Shown here: in pieces, positions 1-8,845 of the stretch
Layout: every line of letters starts with the position of its first letter
Numbering within the stretch: position 1 is the first letter of the stretch
NCBI GenBank assembly: GCA_001001285.1
Contig: LCKG01000001.1
Span: 1 to 37,222 of the forward strand
Direction: 5' to 3'
DNA length: 37,222 bases
Origin: Parcubacteria group bacterium GW2011_GWC1_45_13
GTDB lineage: Bacteria > Patescibacteriota > Minisyncoccia > UBA11713 > 2-01-FULL-45-33
The notes under the pieces: model-generated
The model's input: the letters and a program-made list of their open reading frames with translations, nothing else
What the model was told of the DNA's origin: nothing
Databases searched by the model: none
Translations under genes and position numbers: made by a program

Positions 1-98
1 ATGATGGCTTCAGTAGTTAAAGTAACGTCATTGGTAGCGTTAGCAAAAGCGAAAGGAACTGACAGAAGCGCAGCGAAAACTTTTAAATAAATTTTCAT
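1..98 (-). CDS. 5' end of a secreted protein (partial, runs off the window)
   Basis: ATG at 98 opens MKIYLKVFAALLSVPFAFANATNDVTLTTEAI..., with a basic N-terminus, hydrophobic core and AFA/ANA cleavage-like site. It follows 130..678 on the same strand. Not in the ORF track because it is truncated. Confidence 0.65.
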   Translation of the reverse strand, partial: MKIYLKVFAALLSVPFAFANATNDVTLTTEAI

Positions 99-129
99 AA
101 GTAATTTTGCAATTATTTACTTGTCAAGT

Positions 130-678
130 TTACTTGCAGGAACCTTTTTCCCAAATAGCTACGACGAAACCTTCTCCGCTACGACTTCCTGTATCGGTAG
201 TGGTACCCCTATCATTCGCGCCGATGTACATTCTCCAAACGGTGCTAGTCGCGCTTACCAACTCAATACAGCTTCCTTTCTTAGTGCCACTGGTATCAAG
301 ATATGCAGTTGTAGTTCCAGTGCCAGTTGCGGAGAATTCCGCCGCCGGAGTAGCAGTGCCATTCGCGCCGATAAAGTTATCAGTCGTTAACTTGCCATTT
401 ACCGTTAAAGTTGACGAGGCGCTCAAGGGTCCGGCTACGTTAAAATTAGCCGCTACGGAAGATGAGGCGGTGGAAATAAAGCCTGCTAAAGTAGAAAGGC
501 CGGTAACGCCGAGCGTGTTGCCTAATGAAGTAGCCCCAGTTGCCGTAAGAGTGCCGCCGGTACTTATATTGGTACCGATGGTTGACGAATAAACTATGCC
601 GGCAACAAGCAAAACGGAAGCCAAGCCCGCAAGTGTGATAGCGATAGACTCTTTTTTGTTTATAAAAAATCTGTTCAT
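130..678 (-). CDS. Hypothetical membrane-anchored or secreted Thr/Gly/Ser-rich protein
   Basis: 182 aa. N-terminal hydrophobic helix (AITLAGLASVLLVAGIVY), then low-complexity T/G/S beta-type sequence and two Cys near the C-terminus. Confidence 0.7.
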   Translation of the reverse strand: MNRFFINKKESIAITLAGLASVLLVAGIVYSSTIGTNISTGGTLTATGATSLGNTLGVTGLSTLAGFISTASSSVAANFNVAGPLSASSTLTVNGKLTTDNFIGANGTATPAAEFSATGTGTTTAYLDTSGTKKGSCIELVSATSTVWRMYIGANDRGTTTDTGSRSGEGFVVAIWEKGSCK

Positions 679-737
679 AAATCTAAATCAATAAAAGCTT
701 ATAAAATAAAGCATCGACGCTTTAAAAGACTGAATTC

Positions 738-746
738 AGTGTAACA
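738..746 (-). promoter_or_regulatory. Putative extended -10 promoter (TGtTACACT) for 130..678
   Basis: Minus strand reads TGT TACACT about 60 nt upstream of the ATG at 678. The -35 match is weak. A 10-bp palindrome CTGAATTCAG (730-739) overlaps it. Confidence 0.4.
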
Positions 747-777
747 GAATAAAGATATAAAACACAAAACACCAGCC

Positions 778-786
778 TGTGGATAA
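778..786. promoter_or_regulatory. Single consensus DnaA box (TGTGGATAA = TTATCCACA)
   Basis: Exact 9-mer match in the intergenic region just past the stop of 788..3043. Confidence 0.4.
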
Positions 787-787
787 G

Positions 788-3043
788 TTATGGATTCCGT
801 CCAGCTTTAATTTCTTCTATAAATTGCTCCCCTTGCTCTTTAAATTGCGGATTTATTTCTATGGCTTTTTGCAGTTCTTTTATGGCATTCTGCCTTTCCC
901 CCAACTGCATAAAAGTCGCGGCCAGATTCACGCGGTATTGGGCGTTTTGAGGCTCTTTTTCAATAAATAAAAGCCAGATGTCTCTTACTTTTTGAAAATT
1001 CCCCGCTCGGGCGTAGGCCGTAAGCAAATTTTGGTCTTTAATGATTTTCTTGCCGAAAGTTTTCATCAGGACTTCCTCGGCGTAGTCGCTTTGATTATTC
1101 AGTATGGCGACCAAAGCCATATTTTTAGCGGCTTCGCCGTAAGCCGGGGCGAAATCATAAGCCTCTTTTAAAACCTCAAAGGCTTTTTTATTGTCTCCTT
1201 TGCTTATCAAAATATCGGCCATCAAAAAAAAGATTTGTTGTTTTTTAGGAGATAATTCCTGCGCTTTATCCAAAATTTTAAGAGCGTCATCTATCTTTCC
1301 GCCCTTTAGATAAAGTGCCGAAAGAAAAAGGTATGACCGGGCATCTTTGGGGTTGTCAACAATCTGGCGCTCCATTTCTGAAATTGCTTTCTGTATGATT
1401 TTAATTTTAAGGTCGTTAGAAATATCAAAGGTAATAGCATTGCTGGCATAACTGCTAAATTGCTCTCTTGCCTCGCCATTGCCGAAAGTTTTGTATTCAA
1501 AAACTTTATCAAAATCACCCAAAATCACATCCACGTTTTGGGCCGAAACTGCCATATCTTTTAAAGCATTGAGGAGCGCTTCGCTTGCTAAAAGAGGTTT
1601 TATATTTACGAAGTACAAAGAAAAGATCACCGCGACAGACACAATGACTACAGCAATATATTGAAAAGGAGAAGCACTCTTTGACGAATCCATTTGCGGT
1701 AGAGATTTAATTTCCAAAAAATGGATAAACCCAAGTATTGCAAAAAACATGAAATAAGATGTGAGATTATCAAAAACAAACAAGTTATGAAAAAAATAGG
1801 CGGCGAAAAGCGCGGTAAAAATAGCTTTGGCCAACTTATCCTGCTGTTTCTTCCAAAGTGTATAGAGACTCAAAATAAAAACGCCCAAATAAGCCAGAAG
1901 TCCCAAAATACCGCCGTGAATCAGCCAATCAAAAATTACGTTATGCGCCCGATCAAACCACGGCTCCTGCGGCCAAAGTTGGGGCTTGTAATATTTATTG
2001 AACACCAAATTAAAATTTTCCGACCCCCAGCCCAAAATTGGATGTTCCTTAAATCCTTCCAAAGCCATGCCCCAAATAGTGAACCGCGATTTAATTGTTT
2101 GTTCTTTCAGCGAGATATCGGTAAAACGTTTGAGCACATAATTTTTGTTGATGAAATCCGTATTCTTTAAAACAAAGAAAGCCCCTAAAAGCGTTAAAAC
2201 GACGCCTATAACTCCTCCGGATAAAATTTTAGAACGCCGATCCCCCTCCAACCAAACCTTAAGCAAAGTGAAAAGCGCCGTGCCCCCCAAAAGACCCAAA
2301 ATCGCGCCGCGAGTCGCGGTAAAAAAAACAACCGGGATTTCCATAATGATAACGAAGGCCAGGATACTCCGTATCCAGATTCTTTGCTCCCCGCCTGCCT
2401 GCCCGACGGCAAGGCGGGCCAATTGGCGGGCAGGTTTAAATAAAAAATAAGCCGCGAGAAAAATATTAAAAATCAAAAAAATGGCCAGATAAGTAGAGTT
2501 TCCCAAAGTAGCGTCTAAACGATCGCTAGATTGATGAATCTCCAATTTACCCATGAATTGAAGATAAGAATAGGCGGTAATTATGAAACTCACCGCGATA
2601 GAAGAATAAAAAAATCTCCGCCAATCGGTTTCATTTTTAAACATGCAGATCAAGATTATAAAGTATGCCAAAAGATGAAGATGTGTCACTAGCCCCTCCA
2701 TTCTCTCGTAGTTTGACCAAAAACTGCGATATGGATTTTCGCCGAAAATCGTAGAAAGCGTTAAAACCCCCACTATAGCCAAAACTGCCCAAAAAATCGG
2801 CGAGGTGCGCGGGCGGTATTTTTTATCAAAAATGGCAGCGATTGCCCACAGAGCAAATAAAATTTCAACAACTATGCGGAAGAAAAAATTCTTGCCGGTA
2901 ATGAACGGGAAAAATAAGTCGCCCACTCCCGGCAGAAACATATTTGCAAAAAAATTGCCGGCCACAATTAGAGATAGTGCTGGCAAAATAAAAAGCCCGA
3001 TTTTGACTATTTTAACAATGATGTCTATTGTTTTCTGCGACAT
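788..3043 (-). CDS. O-antigen ligase (Wzy_C/WaaL/O-OTase-like) membrane protein with C-terminal TPR repeats
   Basis: 751 aa with many TM helices. Ligase motifs ATLGNSTYLA, TATRGA, WGMALEGFKEHPILGWGSENF and DRAHN. The C-terminus has TPR-like repeats (A..L.P, e.g. LQKAIEINP). Confidence 0.85.
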   Translation of the reverse strand: MSQKTIDIIVKIVKIGLFILPALSLIVAGNFFANMFLPGVGDLFFPFITGKNFFFRIVVEILFALWAIAAIFDKKYRPRTSPIFWAVLAIVGVLTLSTIFGENPYRSFWSNYERMEGLVTHLHLLAYFIILICMFKNETDWRRFFYSSIAVSFIITAYSYLQFMGKLEIHQSSDRLDATLGNSTYLAIFLIFNIFLAAYFLFKPARQLARLAVGQAGGEQRIWIRSILAFVIIMEIPVVFFTATRGAILGLLGGTALFTLLKVWLEGDRRSKILSGGVIGVVLTLLGAFFVLKNTDFINKNYVLKRFTDISLKEQTIKSRFTIWGMALEGFKEHPILGWGSENFNLVFNKYYKPQLWPQEPWFDRAHNVIFDWLIHGGILGLLAYLGVFILSLYTLWKKQQDKLAKAIFTALFAAYFFHNLFVFDNLTSYFMFFAILGFIHFLEIKSLPQMDSSKSASPFQYIAVVIVSVAVIFSLYFVNIKPLLASEALLNALKDMAVSAQNVDVILGDFDKVFEYKTFGNGEAREQFSSYASNAITFDISNDLKIKIIQKAISEMERQIVDNPKDARSYLFLSALYLKGGKIDDALKILDKAQELSPKKQQIFFLMADILISKGDNKKAFEVLKEAYDFAPAYGEAAKNMALVAILNNQSDYAEEVLMKTFGKKIIKDQNLLTAYARAGNFQKVRDIWLLFIEKEPQNAQYRVNLAATFMQLGERQNAIKELQKAIEINPQFKEQGEQFIEEIKAGRNP
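2390..2434. repeat. 45-nt in-frame compound palindromic element (24-nt outer plus 21-nt inner)
   Basis: Minus strand reads cctgcccgccaattgg[cccgccttgccgtcgggcagg]caggcggg and encodes PARQLARLAVGQAGG. It is a GC-rich island in an AT-rich gene. Confidence 0.8.
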
Positions 3044-3044
3044 G

Positions 3045-4592
3045 TTATTTATGATATAAGTCTTTCCTTAAATACACAAATTGGTGATATTCAAGATTGG
3101 GAATAGTGGAAAAATATTTTTTATATAAAATGTAATTTTTAAATCTCAAATCATTGGAAATTGATTCCGCTTCCGCGCCATATTCCAACTTGTCTTTATT
3201 TTCGCTTGTAAAAACTATTGCTCCCGGATTTTTTAAATAAAAATAATCAATTTTTTCTTTTGGAGATAAATTGCCGCGCGCCAATAACGGGTCATTTAGC
3301 GCCCCAAAATCTACGGTTTTAAGTTTTGAAAAATAAGGCATCGCCCCGGCGTCTGTGTAAACTACCAGCCATTCCGATGGCGGAATAATATTTTTTAATT
3401 CTCGGCCGATTAAATTATGTTCAGTTTCCTGCAAAGTAAGCTGAACGCGGGCAAATTGCATTTCGTCTTTCAATTTAACGACTTGAAATAAAATTTGGTA
3501 AACGCTCAAAACCAAAAAAAAACAGATTGTCAATTTGTACTTAAGAGTTTTTTTATTTTTGAATTCGTTTAGAGCTAAAAATCCCAAGCCGAATAAATAT
3601 CCTAAACCCAGCCAAAATGCCGGCATAAGCGGAGTATAAAAACGCGTGGAAAAATTGGTAAGCAGGTGCGTGCGGGCCAAAACGGCAACTAATAAAATCA
3701 TGAATATAATCGCGCCCCAAAAAGCATTAAATATTTGTGAATTTTTGAATTTTACCCACTCGCTTTTGATACGTTCCCACAGCCAATCGGCTTCAAAAGA
3801 CAAAAGTAACGCCGCGGCTAAAATAGGAATTGCAAAAAATGTTCTCAAAAATCTGGAGATATCAATCAAATTATCAAGGGATATGCCATTGCCTTCCTTG
3901 GCGTAAAAAGTATTTGGCAAAAGCGCGCCGTAGTAATTCGCCCTCCAAATAAAATAAATCAGCGCCGGGAAGAAATAAAAGAAAAGAAATTTCCAAAACC
4001 AAAATTTAAAATCTTCCCGCTCATTTTTAAATTTAGAAATACCGGTTGCGATTACAAAAGCCGTGGCTAGTGCCGCACCTTCCGGCCGCACCAAGTTCGC
4101 AAAAAGCAAAGATAAAAATAAAGGCGTTTCTTTCGCATCAAGCAAAAAATAAAAAGAAAGCAAAATAGCATTAATGAAAAGCGAGGTTTCCAATCCACTT
4201 AAAGCGTGCGTAAACAGTATGGGCGAAGTGGCATAGAGAAGCAAGATAATGCCCGAGATTAAATCTGGTAAATTTAATTTTCTTAAACAAAGAAAAAGCA
4301 AAAGCCATCCCGCAAAAAACATTAAAATGCCTGCAACATGACTTATGGTAATCGGTGAAAATCCGAGCTTTATAAATCCTGCCAAAACCACCGTCCACAA
4401 AACTCCGGTATATCCTTCAATCGGAGGTTCTCCAACATTCCAAGTAAGCACTCCTTGATTGGCGAAGTTTTCCGCGTATCGGAAAATAATATAAGCGTCG
4501 TCTATGGTCCATTTCGGGAAAATAATGAAAATCAGAGCGGAATAGATAAGACCGGAAGTTAAAAGAATTTTTGACAAAAATTTATAATTCAT
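3045..4592 (-). CDS. GT-C-fold membrane glycosyltransferase (arabinofuranosyl/mannosyltransferase-like)
   Basis: 515 aa, polytopic. IDDAYIIFRYAENF...WNVGEPPIEGYT follows the first TM. SGLET, VRPEG, PNTFYAK, DAGAMPYFS and VDFGALND motifs are present. Confidence 0.75.
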   Translation of the reverse strand: MNYKFLSKILLTSGLIYSALIFIIFPKWTIDDAYIIFRYAENFANQGVLTWNVGEPPIEGYTGVLWTVVLAGFIKLGFSPITISHVAGILMFFAGWLLLFLCLRKLNLPDLISGIILLLYATSPILFTHALSGLETSLFINAILLSFYFLLDAKETPLFLSLLFANLVRPEGAALATAFVIATGISKFKNEREDFKFWFWKFLFFYFFPALIYFIWRANYYGALLPNTFYAKEGNGISLDNLIDISRFLRTFFAIPILAAALLLSFEADWLWERIKSEWVKFKNSQIFNAFWGAIIFMILLVAVLARTHLLTNFSTRFYTPLMPAFWLGLGYLFGLGFLALNEFKNKKTLKYKLTICFFLVLSVYQILFQVVKLKDEMQFARVQLTLQETEHNLIGRELKNIIPPSEWLVVYTDAGAMPYFSKLKTVDFGALNDPLLARGNLSPKEKIDYFYLKNPGAIVFTSENKDKLEYGAEAESISNDLRFKNYILYKKYFSTIPNLEYHQFVYLRKDLYHK

Positions 4593-6030
4593 TTTTTTCT
4601 AAAGCTAAATTTATCGCGTTAATATGATTTTTAATGTTTTCCGTGACGTCTATAGGAGAGACATCCTGGCAATATTGCTCTCTGAAGCCGTTTATACTTA
4701 TCTTACCAAAACTATAGAGATAACTAATAATTTGCTGGCTATCCACAAAAAGCCCGGCTTTTATAACCTCAAGCGCGATACTGCAAGATCGGACGTCGTT
4801 TATTTTAAAAACACCCGGGCAATCGCGATACCAGGCATAACCGAACGCTAGAGAAGGTTTGTTTCTAAGCAACGCTTCCCAGCCAGCAGTGCCATTTACG
4901 GAAGCGACGCACTGGGATTTATCAATTAGCGTAAGACTGTCAGTTTCTAAAGGAATAATCTGCGTGTTAGGCAAATCTGCTATGGCTTTATAGTAACCAC
5001 GGTAGCGGTAGCTGAAATAATCCAGGCCTCTGGGTTTCCATTGCAAAGGATGTTCTTTTACGTAAATTAACCATCCGGCCGGCAAAGCCGCTGAAAGTAT
5101 CTCAATCATAAGCAATTGATCCACGAATACTCCGCCCAATGGGCTAGTGGTGCATTCAGGTTGGTATTGCAAAGGGACGTAAACAAATTTTTTGGAAAGA
5201 TCAGCAGGTTTTGCCAAACTTAAATACTCCGTTTTTTGGTTGGATCTGAATTTTCGCGGCAAGTAAGTGATTATTTTTGTAAAAACAGACAAATCTTTAA
5301 GTACGGTGACCGTAGTCCAAAAAGAACGCGCTTTTACTTTTAAAGCTTTGAGCCCGGAATACTTTTCTGAAAGCTCGACAATGTCTTGCGGCCGAATATT
5401 CGCTTTAAAACTAATCTGCGCATCATAATAGGCATGGATGTCCGAGGGTAAGTCTTCAACAGAAAAATGCTTGTTTTCGTTTTTTTTAAGTTCCGTTTTC
5501 AAAAAGCTGCTGCCCACGGCGAAATCGCTGATCACCAGACACCGATCGTTCACCCGCGTCAGTTCAAAAATAATCGTTTTTATCCCATAAAACTTGGCTA
5601 ATCCATAAATAACAAAGTCGTAGACGCTGTGAGGTACATTTGGGAATATAATCGCGTCCGGTTTTAATTTTTTAACTACTCCGTCCCAGTATCTTACATA
5701 ATCATAGTAGAGATGCTTACGTTCATTGACAGACATATTCTCAAAAGTTTTGCTCATCATTGTGAGCGTTTCCGATTCTGTACCTAAAAGTTTTTCCAAA
5801 AGTTCGGCGCTTGGCGGGTCAAACAAAAAATTTCCGACCTCCTTAGCCGGAATAGCTTTCAGGGCATCGTCGTGGCTATGGAAAATAGTCCCGGAAAAAT
5901 CTTGGCTGCTGATTTTTTCGCGTGAATGCGCGCCTACCCAATATACAATCTTATGCTTTTGTTTAAGCGCTTTTACAACTTCGGCAAGGCCGAATTCTTT
6001 TCCGATCCAGGTTATTAAAAATAAACGCAT
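4582..6030 (-). CDS. Capsule-polysaccharide-biosynthesis (KpsS/LipB-like) protein, putative ulosonic-acid transferase
   Basis: 482 aa. C-terminal VPLQYQPE, YVKEHP and NGTAGWEAL motifs. Confidence 0.7.
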   Translation of the reverse strand: MRLFLITWIGKEFGLAEVVKALKQKHKIVYWVGAHSREKISSQDFSGTIFHSHDDALKAIPAKEVGNFLFDPPSAELLEKLLGTESETLTMMSKTFENMSVNERKHLYYDYVRYWDGVVKKLKPDAIIFPNVPHSVYDFVIYGLAKFYGIKTIIFELTRVNDRCLVISDFAVGSSFLKTELKKNENKHFSVEDLPSDIHAYYDAQISFKANIRPQDIVELSEKYSGLKALKVKARSFWTTVTVLKDLSVFTKIITYLPRKFRSNQKTEYLSLAKPADLSKKFVYVPLQYQPECTTSPLGGVFVDQLLMIEILSAALPAGWLIYVKEHPLQWKPRGLDYFSYRYRGYYKAIADLPNTQIIPLETDSLTLIDKSQCVASVNGTAGWEALLRNKPSLAFGYAWYRDCPGVFKINDVRSCSIALEVIKAGLFVDSQQIISYLYSFGKISINGFREQYCQDVSPIDVTENIKNHINAINLALEKNEL

Positions 6031-6033
6031 AAT

Positions 6034-7824
6034 CTAATTTTTTAAATTATATACTCTAAAGAAATAAGAGTCTTTATTTTGGAGAAGCTCCGCGGGCACG
6101 CCCTCTTCAATAATTTTCCCTTCATCCAGTGCGATAAGCTTATCTGAAACTTTCACCGTGGATAAGCGGTGAGCTATGGCTAGAACTGTTATTTTTCCTT
6201 TTAGACTCTCGATTGATTTTTGTATAAAAATTTCCGATTCGTTATCAAGGGCGCTGGTGGCTTCATCCAAAACCAGAATCTGGGGATGTCTCGCGAGGAC
6301 TCTTGCTAAAATAATTCTTTGCTTTTGCCCGCCCGAAAGTAAAATCCCCCTCTCGCCCACGACAGTTGAGAATTTTATGGGAAGCGAATTTATAAAATCG
6401 TAAATATTGGCCTGGCGCGCGGCCTCTATCATATCTTTTTCAGTAATCGCGTCGCTATAAAATTTTATGTTGTTTTCAATCGTATCGTTCAATAAAAAAA
6501 TCTCTTGCGAAACATAACCGATATTTTTTCTCCAGTCTTCCATACGAATATCTGCTATATTTCTTCCATCAATTAAAATCTCGCCATCCTGCGGCAAGTA
6601 AAGCCGCAAAATCAAATCCACTATTGTGGTTTTTCCAGCTCCGGAAGGACCTATCAAACCAACCATTCCGCCTTTATCTATAGAAAAAGAAACTCCATTT
6701 AAAACATTTTCTTCTCTATTTTTATAAGAAAAACCAACATTTCTGAATTCCAACTTTTTTTGAAAATGGAAGCTTGCTGTGCCCAAATCACGCTCTTCGT
6801 GTTTTTTTGCTTTATTTTTGTATTCCAATACGCTAGCAAGGTAAGGCACTTGCGCGTTAATGGTATGCAAATTGGATTGAGCTTGCTGAATATAGGCAAA
6901 AACTTTATTTATAGCGTAAACTATCACGGCGAACGCGGCGAAATTAAAAGCAGTCATTTTATAAAAAAATATAAATACGGCAATAACAAAAATTAAGCCG
7001 ACCGGCTGGAGCAAGGCAGTAGTTGCGTTTCTTAACGCTGCCACGCGCAAATTTAAATTCTTTATTGCCTCAAAATATTTATTGCTTCGCTCTGTTATTT
7101 TTTCTTCCACAAAAGAAGCTTTTACTGCTTTCATTCCCATTATATTTTCGTTTACGTAATGCGCCAATTCTTTGTAAAGCCTGCCCATTTCCGCTGAAAC
7201 AGCTATATTTCTGCGGAAAAGCGGTTTTAAAGAAAAAAGCACTATTCCTCCAAAAGCCATTGTAAAAAGTGCCACAATCCAGGAAATATTCACAACCAAA
7301 AGACCGTAAGCAATTAAATTGGCCAGAACTATTATAGAAGCGCTGATGTAAGTCAAAAGTTTAGAGCTCTGGTCTACGTCGTTGGTCAAAGATTGATCTA
7401 AATATCCTACTTTCTCCGCCGAAAGATATGGCCAATCGGCTTTTAATATGGCTGAAAAAAGTTCATTTCTGATTTTAGTTTCAAAAGAAGCGGTTGCGCG
7501 CGTAGCTACGTAGTTAGCCCAGAAAAGAATGGCCGCCTTAATTATAAAAAGCAAAATTATAAAGACGAGCAAAGAAACCAGAGTATATTTTAAATGCGCG
7601 TATAAAAAAAACTTTTCAATGGCTCGGGAAATAAAATCCACGCCGGGTGCCTGGTCTTTATTTAGAAAAGAGAATAAAGGAATAATAGCGTTAATTCCAA
7701 TGCTTTCCAAAAATCCACTAACAAAAGAGAGGATTGTTAGTAAGATAATCTCCGACTTATATTGGCCGAATGCTTTTTTAAATAAGTTGAGTAGATTTAA
7801 TTTTTCGCTAAATTTGGTGAGCAT
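6034..7824 (-). CDS. ABC transporter, fused permease-ATPase (MsbA/PglK-like glycan flippase)
   Basis: 596 aa. N-terminal TM domain, Walker A GPSGAGKT, signature LSGGQKQR, Walker B LVLDEATSALD, H-loop IAHRLST. Confidence 0.9.
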   Translation of the reverse strand: MLTKFSEKLNLLNLFKKAFGQYKSEIILLTILSFVSGFLESIGINAIIPLFSFLNKDQAPGVDFISRAIEKFFLYAHLKYTLVSLLVFIILLFIIKAAILFWANYVATRATASFETKIRNELFSAILKADWPYLSAEKVGYLDQSLTNDVDQSSKLLTYISASIIVLANLIAYGLLVVNISWIVALFTMAFGGIVLFSLKPLFRRNIAVSAEMGRLYKELAHYVNENIMGMKAVKASFVEEKITERSNKYFEAIKNLNLRVAALRNATTALLQPVGLIFVIAVFIFFYKMTAFNFAAFAVIVYAINKVFAYIQQAQSNLHTINAQVPYLASVLEYKNKAKKHEERDLGTASFHFQKKLEFRNVGFSYKNREENVLNGVSFSIDKGGMVGLIGPSGAGKTTIVDLILRLYLPQDGEILIDGRNIADIRMEDWRKNIGYVSQEIFLLNDTIENNIKFYSDAITEKDMIEAARQANIYDFINSLPIKFSTVVGERGILLSGGQKQRIILARVLARHPQILVLDEATSALDNESEIFIQKSIESLKGKITVLAIAHRLSTVKVSDKLIALDEGKIIEEGVPAELLQNKDSYFFRVYNLKN

Positions 7825-8845
7825 CGGCTTCTTTGATCATGGCTTCAAGCTGGATCTTAGAAAGCTTAGGTGCGTATTGGGACGACAAAGCCTTGCTTCC
7901 AACTTTTACTTGAGCGGCCAGATAATGTTCTTTATACTGGCTACGGGCCACTGTTTCGTGCGGGGTCAGAATATACATTTCTCCAGATTCCAAGGCTCTG
8001 GGTACTTCGTAATCAGCCAATAATTTTTCGTGGATTTTTTCACCAGCGCGTCTGCCGATTGTTTTTATCTTGATATCTGAAGATTTTTTACCAAAAATAG
8101 GGGCGTAATAGTTTACCGCGGCTTTAATTAAGTCAACCAAACGAATTGCTGGCATTTTCAGTACAAAAATTTCATGCCCGCGCATCATATTGGTTGCCGA
8201 AAGAATCAAATTTACAGCTTGTGGCACAGTCATCACAAAACGCGTCATTTTCTGGTCTGTAATTGCCACCTCGCCGTTAGCCGCGATTTGTTTCTTAAGC
8301 AAGGGCAGTAAACTGCCGCGGCTTCCCAAAACATTTCCGAAACGCACGCAAGCAAATTTCGTTTTTTTGTCTCCCCTGTAATAAAAAGAAGATAAAAACA
8401 ATTTTTCGGCCATAAGTTTGGACACGCCCAAAATTCCTTCTGGCTCGGCTACTTTATCCGTGGAAATTCCAATTACTTTTGGAATTTTTAAATCTCTAGC
8501 TGCTTCTATGATATTCTGCGTGCCAATAATATTGGTTTTTACCGCTTCAAAAGGATTATATTCGCACATAGCCACCTGTTTCAAAGCAGCCGCATGAAAA
8601 ACAACGTCAACTCCTTCCATGGCCATTCTTAAACGATCTTTGTCGCGGATATCTCCAACCACGAAACGCAATCTCTCATTTTCAGTGCCCAACTCATTCA
8701 TAAGCTGGTAGTGTCTGTCTTCATGGCGAGCGAAAACACGGATAACTTTGGGACTAAATTTTAAAAGCTGGTGCACAATTTCAGAACCAATGGAGCCAGT
8801 GCCACCAGTTACCAAAATATTTTTATTTTTAAACTCGTTTAGCAT
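7808..8845 (-). CDS. NDP-GlcNAc 4,6-dehydratase (Polysacc_synt_2; PseB/CapD/PglF-like)
   Basis: 345 aa. TGGTGSIG, FHAAALKQV, EAVKTNIIGT, STDK, VRFGNVLGSRGS, MTRF and GEKIHE motifs. Confidence 0.9.
   Translation of the reverse strand: MLNEFKNKNILVTGGTGSIGSEIVHQLLKFSPKVIRVFARHEDRHYQLMNELGTENERLRFVVGDIRDKDRLRMAMEGVDVVFHAAALKQVAMCEYNPFEAVKTNIIGTQNIIEAARDLKIPKVIGISTDKVAEPEGILGVSKLMAEKLFLSSFYYRGDKKTKFACVRFGNVLGSRGSLLPLLKKQIAANGEVAITDQKMTRFVMTVPQAVNLILSATNMMRGHEIFVLKMPAIRLVDLIKAAVNYYAPIFGKKSSDIKIKTIGRRAGEKIHEKLLADYEVPRALESGEMYILTPHETVARSQYKEHYLAAQVKVGSKALSSQYAPKLSKIQLEAMIKEADAHQI

Noticed and set aside
107-592. 161-aa plus-strand ORF, and the many other short ORFs lying antisense to or inside genes
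   Set aside because: They are shadows of well-supported genes and have no recognisable motifs.
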